Shown: piece by piece, positions 42,494 through 52,914 of the stretch
How the letters are laid out: each line of letters opens with the position of its first letter
Position numbering within the stretch: position 1 is the first letter of the stretch
Assembly (NCBI GenBank): GCA_043797665.1
Contig: JAZDPL010000073.1
Coordinates: 1-64,000 of the forward strand
Direction of reading: 5' to 3'
Length of the DNA stretch: 64,000 nt
Origin: Candidatus Omnitrophota bacterium
GTDB taxonomy: Bacteria; Ratteibacteria; UBA8468; MWAK01
Position numbers and translations under genes: made by a program
The notes under the pieces: model-generated
What the model was told of the DNA's origin: nothing
Databases searched by the model: none
The model's input: only the letters and a program-made list of their open reading frames with translations

Positions 42494-44599
42494 TCATATC
42501 TTACCCATTGCCTTAATGAGCCGGATGATGCCGTCGGTTATCCGGTCACGAAGTTCCTGGTATACACCATCTTTCCAGTAACCGTGGACATCGTAGTACT
42601 TAAGAGAACCCTGAACCGAATCCGCTATTTTATTTAGGTTTGTTTCCTCTTCCTCCGCCTGCCAAATAACCTTTTTGTCGCCGGATTTTTTACCTTCTTC
42701 AATCAGATTGGTCAGGGTCTGGATGTATCGGTAGTCGTTGATGCCCATCCGCGCCATCTCAAAGTTGAGCGTCCGGAGTTCATCCCGGGCAGATCCGTAA
42801 CCTTCAGGCAGGTAGCAGCCAAAACGATTTTGTGATTCTGCTAATATAAACGGCAGGACCGTTAAGTTAAGTTTAACCGTCATTTCATTCCCCTTTTGTA
42901 AAAGGGGTGTCTGCGTTAGCAGACGGGGTATTCCCCCTTCCTCAACGGATAAGCCTATCTTGCCGCGATAGATTCCCGGGGCGGTATCCTCTGGTATGCG
43001 TAAGGTAAACCAGATTTGTTTAGTCGCACCTTCATTAAGGTCAGTATCGACGTGCCTTATCGGTTCCACCACAAACGGAAGCAGAATGTACCTGGAAGAG
43101 GTGCTATGCAGAATAGTTTTTACCATTCCTGCTTCAATACGGTCTGCGCTGATTACCCCTTGTGAACCGGTCAAACCGCTTATTGTAACCTTCAACCGGT
43201 CCAGGTCTTTTAACGGGTAAACCCCCAGGGTAGCATTGGTTGTTTCTCCCGGTGTTGCTCGCACGGTCAGTTTATCTGTAATTTCGCTCCTTTTGGGAAT
43301 GGAGGTTTTAAAGATACGGACACCTAAGTCCCGGGTAAAAACAAGGAAACCCCGGTTCTTTTCCGGAATGGTTATATCGGTTAAAGGCGCTTCTTCGGGT
43401 GGTTTTACTTCTTCCAGGAGGGCTAATTTTTCCGGAGGCAGAAGATTAAAATCCTGTTCGTCTCTGGCAATCTGTTGTTCCGCCAATTTCCGGTCCTTTG
43501 CCGGATAAACCACCAGAGTGTTGGCTATCCAGTCCTTGCCTCGGAATCCTATGCGCAGGCAGCCGTCAGTAATTCTCACCCGTTCTCCCCCCTCGCCCAT
43601 TATCAGATGGACCTTATACTCACCGTCAAGGAGGTCCACCCGGAAGGTATGTTCAACAATATCCGGGTCATCGTAGGGTACGCCGAGGGTTCCTGTCCAG
43701 CCGTAGCCTTTTCTGGTGGTATAAGCGGTTTCAGGAGTAACCCGGCGGTAGCCGGATTTTAACGGGGACCCCTGGGGTCCAAAACTGAAGGCGTAACAGA
43801 AATCGTAGAGACGTTCGTCTGCCTCTAATTTCTTTTTAGCCACCTTTTCCTCTCTCTCCTTAAGGGCAGACTGAATTGCAAGGAGAAACGTCTCTTTTTG
43901 TTTCTGATAGTTTTCATCCGCAGTAAAGACCAACTTCCCAAACCGTTCCGGGTTCCGGAAGGGACCGACTAACCGGTTCCAGGTACTCAGTTCGCCAAAT
44001 TCTTTCTCCTGCCGGCAGAAATTTACCCTCCAGGTACCTTTTAATAAAGGATTACTGATGTCAACAAAAAGGTTACGGAAGGGAATAGCTATTTCTGCAG
44101 TCCAGGATTCTTTTCCCTTTGATACCGCATACTTAATCTGGTTGTCAAACTCCGCCCCTTCCTTTAACATTTCTTTTCTTGCCCGGAACTGCCCCACGGA
44201 ATCAAGCGCTAAATGGTAAAATAATTTTCCTTTTGGTTCGGTCATCAGAAAGACCTCAATGCAGTCATTGTTGAAAAAAATGTTTGGTTCCAGGCATTCA
44301 AAGGCTACGTATAGATTTTCCTTATCCCGTGCCAGCCGGACACCGGTCTGCTTGGTAGGCAGGGAAAAAACCGGGTGGTTGAGGATAAAGGGCTCTAACC
44401 TTTCCGCAGATTCCCAGAAAGGCTCGTCTACTTTGCCGTCAATCTCCGGGGTTCCCTGAAGGAGCGGAACATAGGCGGTCCGCAGACCATCGAGTACTTT
44501 TTCCGGGTTTGTGGCACCCCGGGCTATTTCAACCAGAATACCGCAGACTAAACCAATGACCAGTGCCCCCATCCCTAACTTTCTGAATATCATTTCCAT
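42494..44599 (-). CDS. Secreted CBM9-like sugar-binding protein with GH123/DUF4091-like flanking parts, apparently internally deleted
   Basis: PEIDGKVDEPFW, WRVNFCR; TKQIWFTLRIPEDTAPGIYRG; LTVLPFIL followed within about 30 aa by RMGINDYRY. Confidence 0.55.
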   Translation of the reverse strand: MEMIFRKLGMGALVIGLVCGILVEIARGATNPEKVLDGLRTAYVPLLQGTPEIDGKVDEPFWESAERLEPFILNHPVFSLPTKQTGVRLARDKENLYVAFECLEPNIFFNNDCIEVFLMTEPKGKLFYHLALDSVGQFRARKEMLKEGAEFDNQIKYAVSKGKESWTAEIAIPFRNLFVDISNPLLKGTWRVNFCRQEKEFGELSTWNRLVGPFRNPERFGKLVFTADENYQKQKETFLLAIQSALKEREEKVAKKKLEADERLYDFCYAFSFGPQGSPLKSGYRRVTPETAYTTRKGYGWTGTLGVPYDDPDIVEHTFRVDLLDGEYKVHLIMGEGGERVRITDGCLRIGFRGKDWIANTLVVYPAKDRKLAEQQIARDEQDFNLLPPEKLALLEEVKPPEEAPLTDITIPEKNRGFLVFTRDLGVRIFKTSIPKRSEITDKLTVRATPGETTNATLGVYPLKDLDRLKVTISGLTGSQGVISADRIEAGMVKTILHSTSSRYILLPFVVEPIRHVDTDLNEGATKQIWFTLRIPEDTAPGIYRGKIGLSVEEGGIPRLLTQTPLLQKGNEMTVKLNLTVLPFILAESQNRFGCYLPEGYGSARDELRTLNFEMARMGINDYRYIQTLTNLIEEGKKSGDKKVIWQAEEEETNLNKIADSVQGSLKYYDVHGYWKDGVYQELRDRITDGIIRLIKAMGKI

Positions 44600-44663
44600 A
44601 AATTTTAGTAGGGTTATTTATTTGTGTCAAGTTCTTCTCCTCTACGAGGCTGATTGAGTAGGA

Positions 44664-44694
44664 TGTTGTAAAATTACAATGTAATATTACAACA
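44664..44694. promoter_or_regulatory. AT-rich double palindrome, putative operator
   Basis: TGTTGTAAAATTACAATGTAATATTACAACA is a near-perfect inverted repeat upstream of a TTGACA-17-TAAAAT promoter (44630-44602, minus strand). Confidence 0.5.
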
Positions 44695-44716
44695 TAATAG
44701 GCAGAATACTGGTTCG

Positions 44717-44797
44717 CGGCCTTATCGGTTTGACGATGTCCATGTGTGGCCCATGGCAGACTTCGTTAAGGCGTTGTTTTCCGGGGAAGTCTTCTAA
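44717..44797 (+). pseudogene. Possible 3' remnant of an AAA+/DUF4143 ATPase gene
   Basis: RPYRFDDVHVWPMADFVKALFSGEVF* resembles the C-terminus of the protein at 59117-60256. Confidence 0.35.
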
Positions 44798-44832
44798 GGC
44801 AACTTTATTCTGTGACAACCCCTGACAGTGAG

Positions 44833-46104
44833 TCAAAGTACGATTTCAGATGGCAGAGGGTCATACCGGCAGTGTGGAACCGCTGGATTGCGGTGTCCGC
44901 CGGTCTTGTAGATACAGGGCGATTCCTGCGTTTCGAATCTCAGGACTACCGGCATAGTCGTATCGTACTTTTCCGGGAGATTGGACACAACCAGTTTTCC
45001 GCCGGTCTGAGTGAACGTATATTTTTCTCCGGTTTTCAGGTTGACCACCTTTTTCACGGTGCATTCCAATCCACAGATAGTGAGCCCGGAACCAGGCCAA
45101 CTGTGAATATGCAGATAAAACTGATTCCCGCGGGCCGAGAACCCCCCGTGAAAAGTCCAATCGGCTCTTTCGTTATCTCTTTCTCTTAAATTGTATTCGA
45201 ACCGGTCAGAATCATATATCGCTTCTCCGTTGACCTTAAGCCATGTACCCACGCGGTCAAGAATACCCACCGCGGGCTGCGGTATTGAGCCGTCTCCCTT
45301 AGGGGCCACGTTCAGGAGCAGGTTTCCCCTTCCCGCCGCTGCTTTCCGTAGCATTTCAGCGATTGTTTTCGGACTTTTCCAGTTGTGGTCACCTTTGTGA
45401 TAGCACCAGTTGTTGTTCATGGGCACACAGGCTTCCCACATTCCCAAAAATGAAGTTACATGCTGTTCCGGGGTGACGAAATCTCCTGGTATGCCGCACC
45501 GCCCGTTAAGCAGTATTCCCGGTTGCAGCGAGCGGGCCATGGCGTTTAGTTTTTCCGCCTGCCAGCCCTTTCCGTCGTAAGGCCACCATCCGTCATACCA
45601 CAGGATGTCCACCGGGCCATAGCCGATGAGGATTTCCCGGCACTGGCCATGCACGTAATCAATAAATGGCTGGTAACATTCCCCCGGCCTTTCCAGGGCG
45701 TCTACCGCATTGGGAGAAGTGCTCCAATCGTTCAGGGAGAAGTATAGTCCTATCTTCACGCCGTGTTTGCGGCAGGCTGCGACGAATTCAGCCGTCAGGT
45801 CCCTTTTGGCCGGGCAGTTGGTAACCTTAAAATCCGTCAGTTTGGAATCATACAGGCAGAACCCGTCATGATGTTTTGTGGTAAAAGTGGCATATTTCAT
45901 TCCCCAGTCATTTTTTGCTTTGCCGATGAGGGCATCAAAATTACACTCCTCGGCGCTAAAATAACCCGCCAGCTTGGCATATTCGGCCACGGGAATCTCT
46001 TCTCTGTTCATAACCCACTCGCCTCGCTCGAGGAGCGAGTAGAGTCCGTACTGGAACAACATTCCGTAGCGTGCGTTTCGGAACCATTTCAGATTAGTTT
46101 CCAT
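44833..46104 (-). CDS. Alpha-L-fucosidase, GH29
   Basis: TTKHHDGFCLYDS, ILWYDG, TPEQ, WEAC, NLLLNV. Confidence 0.92.
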   Translation of the reverse strand: METNLKWFRNARYGMLFQYGLYSLLERGEWVMNREEIPVAEYAKLAGYFSAEECNFDALIGKAKNDWGMKYATFTTKHHDGFCLYDSKLTDFKVTNCPAKRDLTAEFVAACRKHGVKIGLYFSLNDWSTSPNAVDALERPGECYQPFIDYVHGQCREILIGYGPVDILWYDGWWPYDGKGWQAEKLNAMARSLQPGILLNGRCGIPGDFVTPEQHVTSFLGMWEACVPMNNNWCYHKGDHNWKSPKTIAEMLRKAAAGRGNLLLNVAPKGDGSIPQPAVGILDRVGTWLKVNGEAIYDSDRFEYNLRERDNERADWTFHGGFSARGNQFYLHIHSWPGSGLTICGLECTVKKVVNLKTGEKYTFTQTGGKLVVSNLPEKYDTTMPVVLRFETQESPCIYKTGGHRNPAVPHCRYDPLPSEIVL

Positions 46105-46338
46105 AGTGCTCTCCCTTAAAACTTCGAAAAATCTGAGGTGGGGCGACCTTTATGTTGTTCGATAAATTTCCAGAAATTCTGTTGGTGACACGGGGGTCTT
46201 TTTTTGTCACTCAGATGATATTACAACTATCACTCAATTGTCAACCAATGATAGATTGCGACACGGGCTTGTCTTTTACCCCGAAGGAGACTTTCCTTTT
46301 TGACAAGGGTCGGTTTAATGTCAGACAATATCTTAAGG

Positions 46339-46465
46339 ATGGGAGTAAAAATTCCGGAGGTGGAGAGTTTTTTCGGCTACCTTTTGACCGAGCGGGGTCT
46401 GAGCCAGAATACAATTTCCGCATACCAACGGGATATAAATAAGTTTAATTCCTTCCTGGAGAAGA
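46339..46465 (+). pseudogene. xerD: 5' fragment of a xerD duplicate
   Basis: 46341-46465 matches 58133-58257 (7 mismatches in 125 nt); preceded by TTGACA-18-GACAAT. Confidence 0.9.
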
Positions 46466-46488
46466 GCGGCACGTCAGCACAAACCGAT

Positions 46489-48732
46489 TCATTCCACGGC
46501 CAGATTACCCGGATAGCCAGACACCTCGTAGAAGCGTCTGGTCCAAGCAAAGACGCCTGATAGGTCAAGGCCACTACCTGAAACCATTTCTCCACTTGCC
46601 CACATGGGTTCGGTGATTGTCAGAGGTCGTGGGCATACCAACGCTGCCAGTTGAGGAATGTCCGCATACTTCAGTATGTTGGGGATACAAGGTACCATAC
46701 TGCCGTATCCAGTGCGTGTGGGGGTTGGTTTACCATATTCATACGGTTCACCATACCCATTGGCTGAATAGTAAGACGCCAGAAGACCGTTTACTTCAAC
46801 AGTTTTTATACTCTGGCTCTGGCTTGCGGCAAGGATGGCCACAAGCCCGGTTTCACGCTCGCCTCTGACCGTCACGTCCACAGCAGTTCCGGTGATCTTG
46901 GACGCAATACTGACCACTGCCAGTAGATCATTCATCCACCATCCAGCTACCGTTTCCCCTAATTTCAACGCGCCCATACACAGCGCCCGTTCTCGGAGAC
47001 CAACGTAGGATTCATGGATAGCCGACCAGGAACCCATCCCCCGGAGATCGGCGCAAACAACCCAATATCCTTTATTGGTCAGTTGCATTCGTTCCACTGA
47101 GTTCGCGGTGGCAATCACGCCCTGAGGATGAAGCAACACATAGAGACGACCGTTTGGGGGTATGCCCGGTGAAGGTCGAAACACCAGGATATGCGTAATT
47201 GCGCCCGGTTCTGCTTCAACGGCATACTTGGACGCCACGACCCCTGCATCGAGTGTAATCTCGCCTTCCCGCGAGAACTTCGCATCTCCCTGAAATGCCC
47301 GAACTCCAAGGAGATTGTTTATATCGTCTTTCAGTTTTGCGCCTAGACGCTGTGCGTCTTCCGGATTTGCCGGCGGCTTCGGAAGTTTGGCGACCAAAGC
47401 AGAGGTTTCTTTCTGCGTGTAGGCCGTCGGGCCAAGCAGATCAGCGGGTCGGTTGCCATCCGGCCAAAACTGGAGCGTTAACTGAGCTTTTTTCACATCC
47501 TGAATGGGTGACAGCGGTTGCTCGGGAATCGGTGAGGCGGTGTCTCTTTCCATCAGAAAATGTGCAAACCACCCGTAGGCAAGCTCACGATACTGCCTGG
47601 CATCGCCATGAGGTCCCTCAACCTTGATTTCCTTGAAACGATCGGAAGCCTTCTTCAATCCGTAGATTTCCCTTGCATACGGATAGAGCTGGGCCATCTG
47701 TTCGTTAGTCAAGGAATATTTCGTCACGGTTTTGTCCCCCCAAGCAACGCCCTCGCTGTATAGTAAGAATTTTTCTTCCGCCAGCGGAACTTCCAGGGGG
47801 GACGGGTAGATTACCAGCAGCGGCCGTGGAGCAATGAGCCCGCGGATGATTTCGGCATCGGCCACATTGAAGAGTCCCACCATCAAATCACACAGACAGT
47901 GTTGAAACAACCCATATTTGGGTTCGGTGAGAGTGGCCGCGGACACAGGTACAGCCGCCTTTACTCGAGTATCGATTGCTGTAAGCCACAAAGTATGCGT
48001 TCCTCCCATCGATCCACCCATTACAACCACCTGATCGCGGTTGACGTCGCTCCGTGAACAGAGGTAGCTCAAGTCGACCGTGTAGCTGGCCATGATGATC
48101 CCGAGGAGACTCTTCCCGGTCGTCAGGAGATATGCCATCGAGGCGCAGCCATGATACTCGTACTTCAAAGGCACGTCCGTTAATTCGGTCTGACCGAAAG
48201 GCTCCACGAGCACGGCGATATATCCCTGCTTGGCAAATCCGAGTGCTCGCTTTTGCAGCACGGGGTCAAAAGCCGGGTCGCCATGCCCCGGCAGATAGAA
48301 CACGGCGGGATGACGTTCCTTTCCGTCAACAGGCTTATAGATCCAAAGTGTTGAATAGACCCCGGGCAGTATCTTCAGCAGTCGCATCTCGACGGGAATT
48401 CCATCGACGGTTACTTCACGGACCAGGGTGACTTCATGATTCCCTGCCACAGTCGGCATTAAGTAGGTGGTTTTCAGCGATTCTCGTATTTTCTCGGTTT
48501 TCTGCAGAAACATATCTGGAGGGATGCTTTTCCGCAGACCTTCCACCTTCGCTCTTGCACGCTGGTAGAAGTATTGCACTATTTCATGATCCGTTTGCTG
48601 TTGTTCATGCCACTGCGATCTTGGAAAGTCCTGGGAGTAACACATCTCAGATTGAAGCACCATGCCCAACGCCATGGCAATTGCATATGGAGTATTAGCC
48701 TTTAATCTACAGATTGAATTGAAGATTTTCAT
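46489..48732 (-). CDS. Acetylxylan esterase-like tandem alpha/beta hydrolase
   Basis: PAVFYLPGH, GGSMGG, DTRVKAAV, LIAPRPL; degenerate second domain. Confidence 0.75.
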   Translation of the reverse strand: MKIFNSICRLKANTPYAIAMALGMVLQSEMCYSQDFPRSQWHEQQQTDHEIVQYFYQRARAKVEGLRKSIPPDMFLQKTEKIRESLKTTYLMPTVAGNHEVTLVREVTVDGIPVEMRLLKILPGVYSTLWIYKPVDGKERHPAVFYLPGHGDPAFDPVLQKRALGFAKQGYIAVLVEPFGQTELTDVPLKYEYHGCASMAYLLTTGKSLLGIIMASYTVDLSYLCSRSDVNRDQVVVMGGSMGGTHTLWLTAIDTRVKAAVPVSAATLTEPKYGLFQHCLCDLMVGLFNVADAEIIRGLIAPRPLLVIYPSPLEVPLAEEKFLLYSEGVAWGDKTVTKYSLTNEQMAQLYPYAREIYGLKKASDRFKEIKVEGPHGDARQYRELAYGWFAHFLMERDTASPIPEQPLSPIQDVKKAQLTLQFWPDGNRPADLLGPTAYTQKETSALVAKLPKPPANPEDAQRLGAKLKDDINNLLGVRAFQGDAKFSREGEITLDAGVVASKYAVEAEPGAITHILVFRPSPGIPPNGRLYVLLHPQGVIATANSVERMQLTNKGYWVVCADLRGMGSWSAIHESYVGLRERALCMGALKLGETVAGWWMNDLLAVVSIASKITGTAVDVTVRGERETGLVAILAASQSQSIKTVEVNGLLASYYSANGYGEPYEYGKPTPTRTGYGSMVPCIPNILKYADIPQLAALVCPRPLTITEPMWASGEMVSGSGLDLSGVFAWTRRFYEVSGYPGNLAVE

Positions 48733-48762
48733 TGGAATCCTCCTTCTGACATTGGCTCACCG

Positions 48763-49680
48763 CTACTTGCTGCTGTAATTTGGGCTATCCGAAAACACAA
48801 TTTCCCCGTATCGCCACAATTGATGATCATCCAAAACGCCAATAATCGGCCAGGTCCAGTAAATAACGGCTGACCTGTCGGTTTCCGGCTTGTCAAGCCT
48901 TGAGCGATATTCCCATCCGGTGTGAATAGCCCACTTATCACCCGGTTTGGGAGGAATAGAACCCCTGGTAAATTGTTTTAAAGCACTAAAAGGAACTGCA
49001 AGTTCCGCGGACCATCCCACATCAGTATCTGAGGGGTCATTCAGGGTTCCATAAACACAAACTGCATGTTGAAGACCTTCACAGTCCCAACCCAGATGCA
49101 GGTTGTTCTTTCCGCAATCAAGATTCTGGAATTCCCTTGAGTTGGATCCTTGCTCAAACCACCAGTCATTCACATTGTTTAGTGCGTTAATGTGGAACTC
49201 CTCATAGTTCCTGCCGTCTGCATCCGGATCTATGAAAGCCATAAACAATGGATCATGAAGCATAATAAGCGGCAGTCCAGCGAATGACGGACCTATATCT
49301 ACCCCATTCGAACGTTTTTTTAACGGCAGTTCTTCAGGCAGACGCGCTGCATCCCTGTCTACAGAGGCTGCGACATCCGGATCTCCTCCCCAAAATGCTA
49401 TGTACAGATATTTGTCATCCCAAACTACTTTACAATAACAATCAAACCATGGTGGCCCTCCAGAGACTAATTCTCCGAATTGCATTCGGGGAATATCTTT
49501 CCAGAATGCCTCGGATAGTTTTCCATCAACTGTCACTGCTGTAGAAATTCTATAACAGGTATAGGTTGGAGGGGGTGCATCATGAGGCCCTTTAGCCGAT
49601 ACATCGTTTAACGATAGCGCTAAAAACATCAAACTACCTGCGAGGATCTTGCTGAGTTTTGTTTTCATGATAGCCATCAT
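48763..49680 (-). CDS. Carbohydrate-binding family 9-like protein
   Basis: VDGKLSEAFW, WDDKYLY, FIDPD, YEEFHINALN, WSAELAVPF. Confidence 0.8.
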   Translation of the reverse strand: MMAIMKTKLSKILAGSLMFLALSLNDVSAKGPHDAPPPTYTCYRISTAVTVDGKLSEAFWKDIPRMQFGELVSGGPPWFDCYCKVVWDDKYLYIAFWGGDPDVAASVDRDAARLPEELPLKKRSNGVDIGPSFAGLPLIMLHDPLFMAFIDPDADGRNYEEFHINALNNVNDWWFEQGSNSREFQNLDCGKNNLHLGWDCEGLQHAVCVYGTLNDPSDTDVGWSAELAVPFSALKQFTRGSIPPKPGDKWAIHTGWEYRSRLDKPETDRSAVIYWTWPIIGVLDDHQLWRYGEIVFSDSPNYSSK

Positions 49681-49684
49681 TTCT

Positions 49685-49731
49685 AATCTCCTTTCTTCCC
49701 CCTCTGCAAAAGGGGAATACAGAGGGGAATT
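49685..49731. repeat. AATCCCC...CCCCT-AAAAGGGG palindromic repeat, family E
   Basis: Related to 42887-42937 and 53693-53734. Confidence 0.55.
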
Positions 49732-49769
49732 GGCAATCAATCTCCCTTATAATAGGGTCGATGTTTATC

Positions 49770-50342
49770 CTACTGTTCTTGTATTTGGATAGATTCGATT
49801 TCTTGCGCACCCAGATAGATTCGATCGATCAGAATCTTAGAGGCTGCGCCGTCCTCGATGCCGCAAAACCAGACAAAGGATTGGCCTTCCGCCTTAATCG
49901 TTCCGATCGCGTAAGTCTTCCAACCGGCAGGGACTTTTTTAACTGAAACGTAATTACGCATCAGTTCTATTTTTGAATCTACGTCGTAGATGCCACAACA
50001 GAAAGCGTCGCCCGCATCTTTTGCTTTAATCACCTTAACGACCGCATAAACACGATAACTCTCCCCCCGTGAAAGAAGATTGATCGGAATGGGGCACTGT
50101 ATCGCCCATTCCGGTGTGGTGCCTAAAAGCCAGGCATAACTTCCGGATGGTGCATCTTTATCAACCATCCTGCCGCTAAGATCCCCTTCCTTATAGATGG
50201 TGAAGTCCGCATTCTGGAAATTAACCACGCTGGATGCCGGAAGTCCCTCTGTGCGCTCCAGAGGAACTTCCGCAGCACGCACATTCGGGGATGTCAACAT
50301 AAAAACCGCCAATACACCCACAATAACCGATAACCTTTTCAT
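49770..50342 (-). CDS. Secreted putative carbohydrate-binding protein
   Basis: Signal peptide; EWAIQ, YRVYAVVKV, ILIDRIYL; SD GGAGG. Confidence 0.55.
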   Translation of the reverse strand: MKRLSVIVGVLAVFMLTSPNVRAAEVPLERTEGLPASSVVNFQNADFTIYKEGDLSGRMVDKDAPSGSYAWLLGTTPEWAIQCPIPINLLSRGESYRVYAVVKVIKAKDAGDAFCCGIYDVDSKIELMRNYVSVKKVPAGWKTYAIGTIKAEGQSFVWFCGIEDGAASKILIDRIYLGAQEIESIQIQEQ

Positions 50343-50466
50343 ATACCCTCCCCTTTATCTCAAACGACGTATAACGGTAATTATCTTTTTAGAAGAAAAA
50401 ATAATAACCACGATACCCTGGCTTTCCGCGGGAAACGGAATTCGGCGACGCCGGACCAATTCGTCT

Positions 50467-50973
50467 TCAATCCTTTTGGCTCGCCTTTTCCCTGGCAACT
50501 TCCAGAAGCGCAAGGATGTTCTCCAGCATCACCGGGTTTTTCTCGATGACTCGGTTCAGAAGCCCCCTGGCAAAATCCTTTTGCCCTGCCATGTCTGCCA
50601 GAAAATTTTCGATACCCCGGGCGTAATAAGCTTTTTCGAAATGACTTTTATAGATACGAACCAGAAAATACTTGTCCGAAGTTTCCCGCGATTTCTTGAG
50701 CGCATCGATAAATTCGGAATAGCTGCCGAAACCGATGACCGTCGCCCGGGATGTTGGGACGTCAGTCCCGGTCCAGTCGCTTGCCAGTTGGTGCCAGTCC
50801 CACCACGGATAGACGAAATCTTTTACGTCGTTGTCAAAAAATTCCTCGGCGGTTTTATCCGCAACGACTTTTCCTATCGCCTCCCAGACATCGGGACAGA
50901 GGTCAATTGCGTATGGAACCCGTTCTGTGCTCCGGTGTCGTATTGCTTCCTTAACCAGCTCTCGACTTTTCAT
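50467..50973 (-). pseudogene. 3'-truncated uroporphyrinogen decarboxylase-family protein
   Basis: MKSRELVKEAIRHRSTERVP...FEKAYYARGIENFLADM; stops at about half the usual length of the family. Confidence 0.65.
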
Positions 50974-51090
50974 GGATGAATTTTGTTCCGTCATAAATCC
51001 CTTACTATTCACTCTGACATCCTCCGTCTTGCCCATCAAAAGGGAATATTTTAGCCTAATATCTGCCTTGTTTGTTATATTTTACTCTGA

Positions 51091-52845
51091 TCACACCGGC
51101 TCGGGAAAACACGCGGTCTTTTGCGCCCGCTGTCCCTTGGCGAACAGGTGTTCCCAGCGGAAGAAGATGCCCCAGCCCGTGCCGTGACTCAGATCGAAGA
51201 CGATGACAACGTCGTGCGTTCCGCGGCCGAGTTTGACTTCAGCCTTGGATCGCCACGGATTTGTGGGGTTGAAAGACTCCGGCTCGACAATCATGGACCG
51301 GCCATCCACGAACACGCGCACACCGCCATCATGGCCTACATGCATCTTCCAGGTGCCTGCCTGCGTTACCTTGAATCGGTTAGCCAGATACACGTACCCA
51401 TCCGTATTCCCCACCCGCGAGTGGGTATTGACGAAGCCGTCCTGCTCGGCGCCGATGCCGCTCCATCCCAGCGACTCGTCAAGCGTGACGGCTTTGGCCT
51501 GGGCCGTTGTCCATCCCACGGTCTTGGGGAAAATCTGTGACAGGGACCAAGCCCCGACATAAGGAGACAGCAACGCGACCGGCTCTAACGGCAACGGCAG
51601 GTATTCACAGGTGCCTCCCAGTTGTTGGAACGGCGTCCCTTTAAATTCCAGTTTTATCAGCGTTATGCCGGCCACAGGATCCGGGCACTTTTCCGGCAGT
51701 CCCATGAAGACAATCCGGTCCCGCTCCTGACGAAAGGCCACCGTTCGGTCCGAGGCTACCCACGAGACCTTCTTTAGTTCTCCACGCATGCCGCCGATCG
51801 CGAATTCTTTTCCTGGCCACTGCGCGATCCAAAAATAATAGGCCGATCCTTTGCGTGACCAACCACACGTGGGGAAGGAAATCGGCATCACCCGGAACTT
51901 ATCGGACATACAGTCCGTCTTCCCGTAGACTACAGCGCCATAGGTCTTGAGCCAGTGTCCCACAGCCTTCAACCGCGTCACCGCTTCCACGGGAATCGTG
52001 CCGTCCGGCTTCGGTCCGACGTTCAACAGCAGGTTCCCGCCGCTGGCCGCGCAGGTGCTCAGCATTCCGATGACTTGGCGTACCGGCAACCAGTCTTCTT
52101 CCGGCGTCGGCATCCAGCCCCACGAACCGTTAAAGGTCATGCAGGCTTCCCAATCGCGACCAGACGGTGTGATGTGTTCTTCGGGCGTACTGAAATCCTC
52201 TGGTAAGTTCGAGCGGTCGTTAATCAGGATGTGTGGTTGGAGCCGGCGCACCATGGCCACAAGCCGCTCGCTCTTCCAGCGCTCGGGGGGCCCCAACGGC
52301 ATCGGCGCATCGAACCACAGAATATCAATCTTGCCGTATTCGATCATCAACTCACGAACGCAAGCGTAAGTGAATTCAATGAACCGGCGACGGGCCGCCT
52401 CGTCTCTCGCGCAGCGCGTACCATCGGGATGATGCCAATCCGCCAGACAGTAATACAGGCCCACACGCAGTCCGGATTCGCGGCAGGCATCAATATATTC
52501 TCGTACCAGATCGCGCCGGGGCCCGCGACGAACCGCATTGTAGTCCGTCTGTTGCGTGTCCCACAGGCAGAAGCCTTCAAGATGTTTGGTGGTCATGACC
52601 ATGTACTTCATGCCCGCCTCTCGGGCCAGCCGGGCCCAGGCCCGAGACGCATGGGGTTTGGGACGCCACGTGTCCGCGTATCGCTCGTAATCCGCCAAAG
52701 GGATTCGTTCATTGCACATCACCCATTCGTGCCGGGCGATTTGCGAATAGAGCCCCCAATGTATGAACATGCCGAAGCGGGCTTCGCGCCACCATCGCAT
52801 GCGCCGGTCTCTATCGTGGCTCGCCGAACTCTGCGTTGAACTCAT
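51091..52845 (-). CDS. Alpha-L-fucosidase, GH29, with PA14-like C-terminus
   Basis: WWREARFGMFIHWG, TTKHLEGF, ILWFD, TPEE; HDGGVRVFVDG. Confidence 0.92.
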   Translation of the reverse strand: MSSTQSSASHDRDRRMRWWREARFGMFIHWGLYSQIARHEWVMCNERIPLADYERYADTWRPKPHASRAWARLAREAGMKYMVMTTKHLEGFCLWDTQQTDYNAVRRGPRRDLVREYIDACRESGLRVGLYYCLADWHHPDGTRCARDEAARRRFIEFTYACVRELMIEYGKIDILWFDAPMPLGPPERWKSERLVAMVRRLQPHILINDRSNLPEDFSTPEEHITPSGRDWEACMTFNGSWGWMPTPEEDWLPVRQVIGMLSTCAASGGNLLLNVGPKPDGTIPVEAVTRLKAVGHWLKTYGAVVYGKTDCMSDKFRVMPISFPTCGWSRKGSAYYFWIAQWPGKEFAIGGMRGELKKVSWVASDRTVAFRQERDRIVFMGLPEKCPDPVAGITLIKLEFKGTPFQQLGGTCEYLPLPLEPVALLSPYVGAWSLSQIFPKTVGWTTAQAKAVTLDESLGWSGIGAEQDGFVNTHSRVGNTDGYVYLANRFKVTQAGTWKMHVGHDGGVRVFVDGRSMIVEPESFNPTNPWRSKAEVKLGRGTHDVVIVFDLSHGTGWGIFFRWEHLFAKGQRAQKTACFPEPV

Positions 52846-52914
52846 TTAGACATTCTCCATAAAATACTGTGGCTCCACTTTCTCAAGCCAATTTATGCAG
52901 TAACTTAGCTGACT

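Noticed and set aside
50197..50979. Long antisense ORFs (also 1365-2063, 6987-7679, 26701-27354, 36278-36886)
   Set aside because: They overlap well-supported genes on the opposite strand and carry no recognisable motifs.
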